From an uncultured Gammaproteobacteria bacterium (GTDB lineage Bacteria; Patescibacteriota; Microgenomatia; UBA8517): DNA of 64,000 nucleotides. A model generated the notes under the pieces. That model saw only the letters and a list, made by a program, of their open reading frames with translations, made no database searches and had not been told where the DNA came from. Location: NCBI GenBank assembly GCA_964506225.1, contig CAZDKH010000008.1, positions 1,762 through 65,761 on the forward strand. The letters run 5' to 3'. The position numbers and the translations under genes are program-made. Below are positions 63,624 through 64,000 of this stretch, piece after piece; positions within the stretch are counted from its first letter, which is position 1; the number at the start of each line of letters is the position of its first letter.

Positions 63624-64000
63624 TTATGGGTGAGTATCACTTAATCCAATTACAAACTGATACCAATTCCAGATCTTTGTGTGATAGTCTGCGTGGGGTG
63701 TGCAAAACTGGCGATTGTTGGCAGTTACCGTACTGCAAATACCGGTTGCAAAAAAGAGAAGAAAATCTTCATAGTTTGGATGTTCTCCCCCTTCGCGGCA
63801 TGACCCAACAAGAGAATCATATACCCCTCCTGCGCTCCAATCTAAATAAAGATCTAAAAAGCACCTAAGGTTTGAGAGTAACCTTACTGCCTCGGGTGTG
63901 CTTCCTTGGCTGCCACAGCCAAAATCTATAAGGCCATACGGAAAAAGCTGATAATCACTCGCTCCTGTCTCAGCGAGCCAAATTGCCAAAACAAAAGCAG
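63624..64000 (-). CDS. Cys-rich hypothetical protein, probably 5'-truncated by the window edge
   Basis: The frame stays open to position 64000 upstream of the track's TTG start at 63989. 7 Cys in 121 aa. Confidence 0.3.
   Translation of the reverse strand, partial: AFVLAIWLAETGASDYQLFPYGLIDFGCGSQGSTPEAVRLLSNLRCFLDLYLDWSAGGVYDSLVGSCREGGEHPNYEDFLLFFATGICSTVTANNRQFCTPHADYHTKIWNWYQFVIGLSDTHP

Overview
The window is a gene-dense, low-to-moderate GC bacterial chromosome segment. Genes are short, often overlapping and mostly on the minus strand. The content looks like a reduced-genome Patescibacteria (CPR) bacterium, but that assignment is inference only. The replication-origin neighbourhood is present at 49.2-54.2 kb: jag-yidC-yidD-rnpA-rpmH | dnaA-dnaN, with a tandem DnaA-box cluster between dnaA and dnaN.

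Other recognisable blocks:
- A complete-looking type IV pilus locus (1.3-11.1 kb): major pilin, PilM-PilN fusion, PilO-like, PilC, PilB and three large pilin-like proteins.
- An isopentenyl phosphate kinase divergent from a polyprenyl synthase.
- dprA-yraN and comM.
- Two type II TA pairs, Phd/RelE and VapBC.
- PiT plus DUF47.
- groES-groEL with a sigma70 promoter and a CIRCE-like operator.
- tsaD, valS, rplY and rnhA.

No rRNA, tRNA, CRISPR array, transposase, integrase or reverse transcriptase could be supported.

Candidates most worth follow-up:
1. A compact, unannotated-peptide / PqqD-like RRE / asparagine-synthetase-like cassette (17.1-19.2 kb). It resembles a lasso-type RiPP locus but has no B2 protease. 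It sits in an accessory patch that also holds a B12-radical SAM gene and three decayed genes, two of them broken by single in-frame TAA codons.
2. An overlapping four-gene nucleotide-enzyme operon, CYTH-like / NTase-like / NUDIX / P-loop kinase (31.1-33.8 kb).
3. A Gram-positive-style VirB4/PrgI/VirB6-like secretion cluster directly beside oriC (54.2-64 kb). It carries an opposite-strand 601-aa orphan and a membrane-anchored HExxH protein.

All functional calls come from reading translated motifs by eye. No database searches were run.
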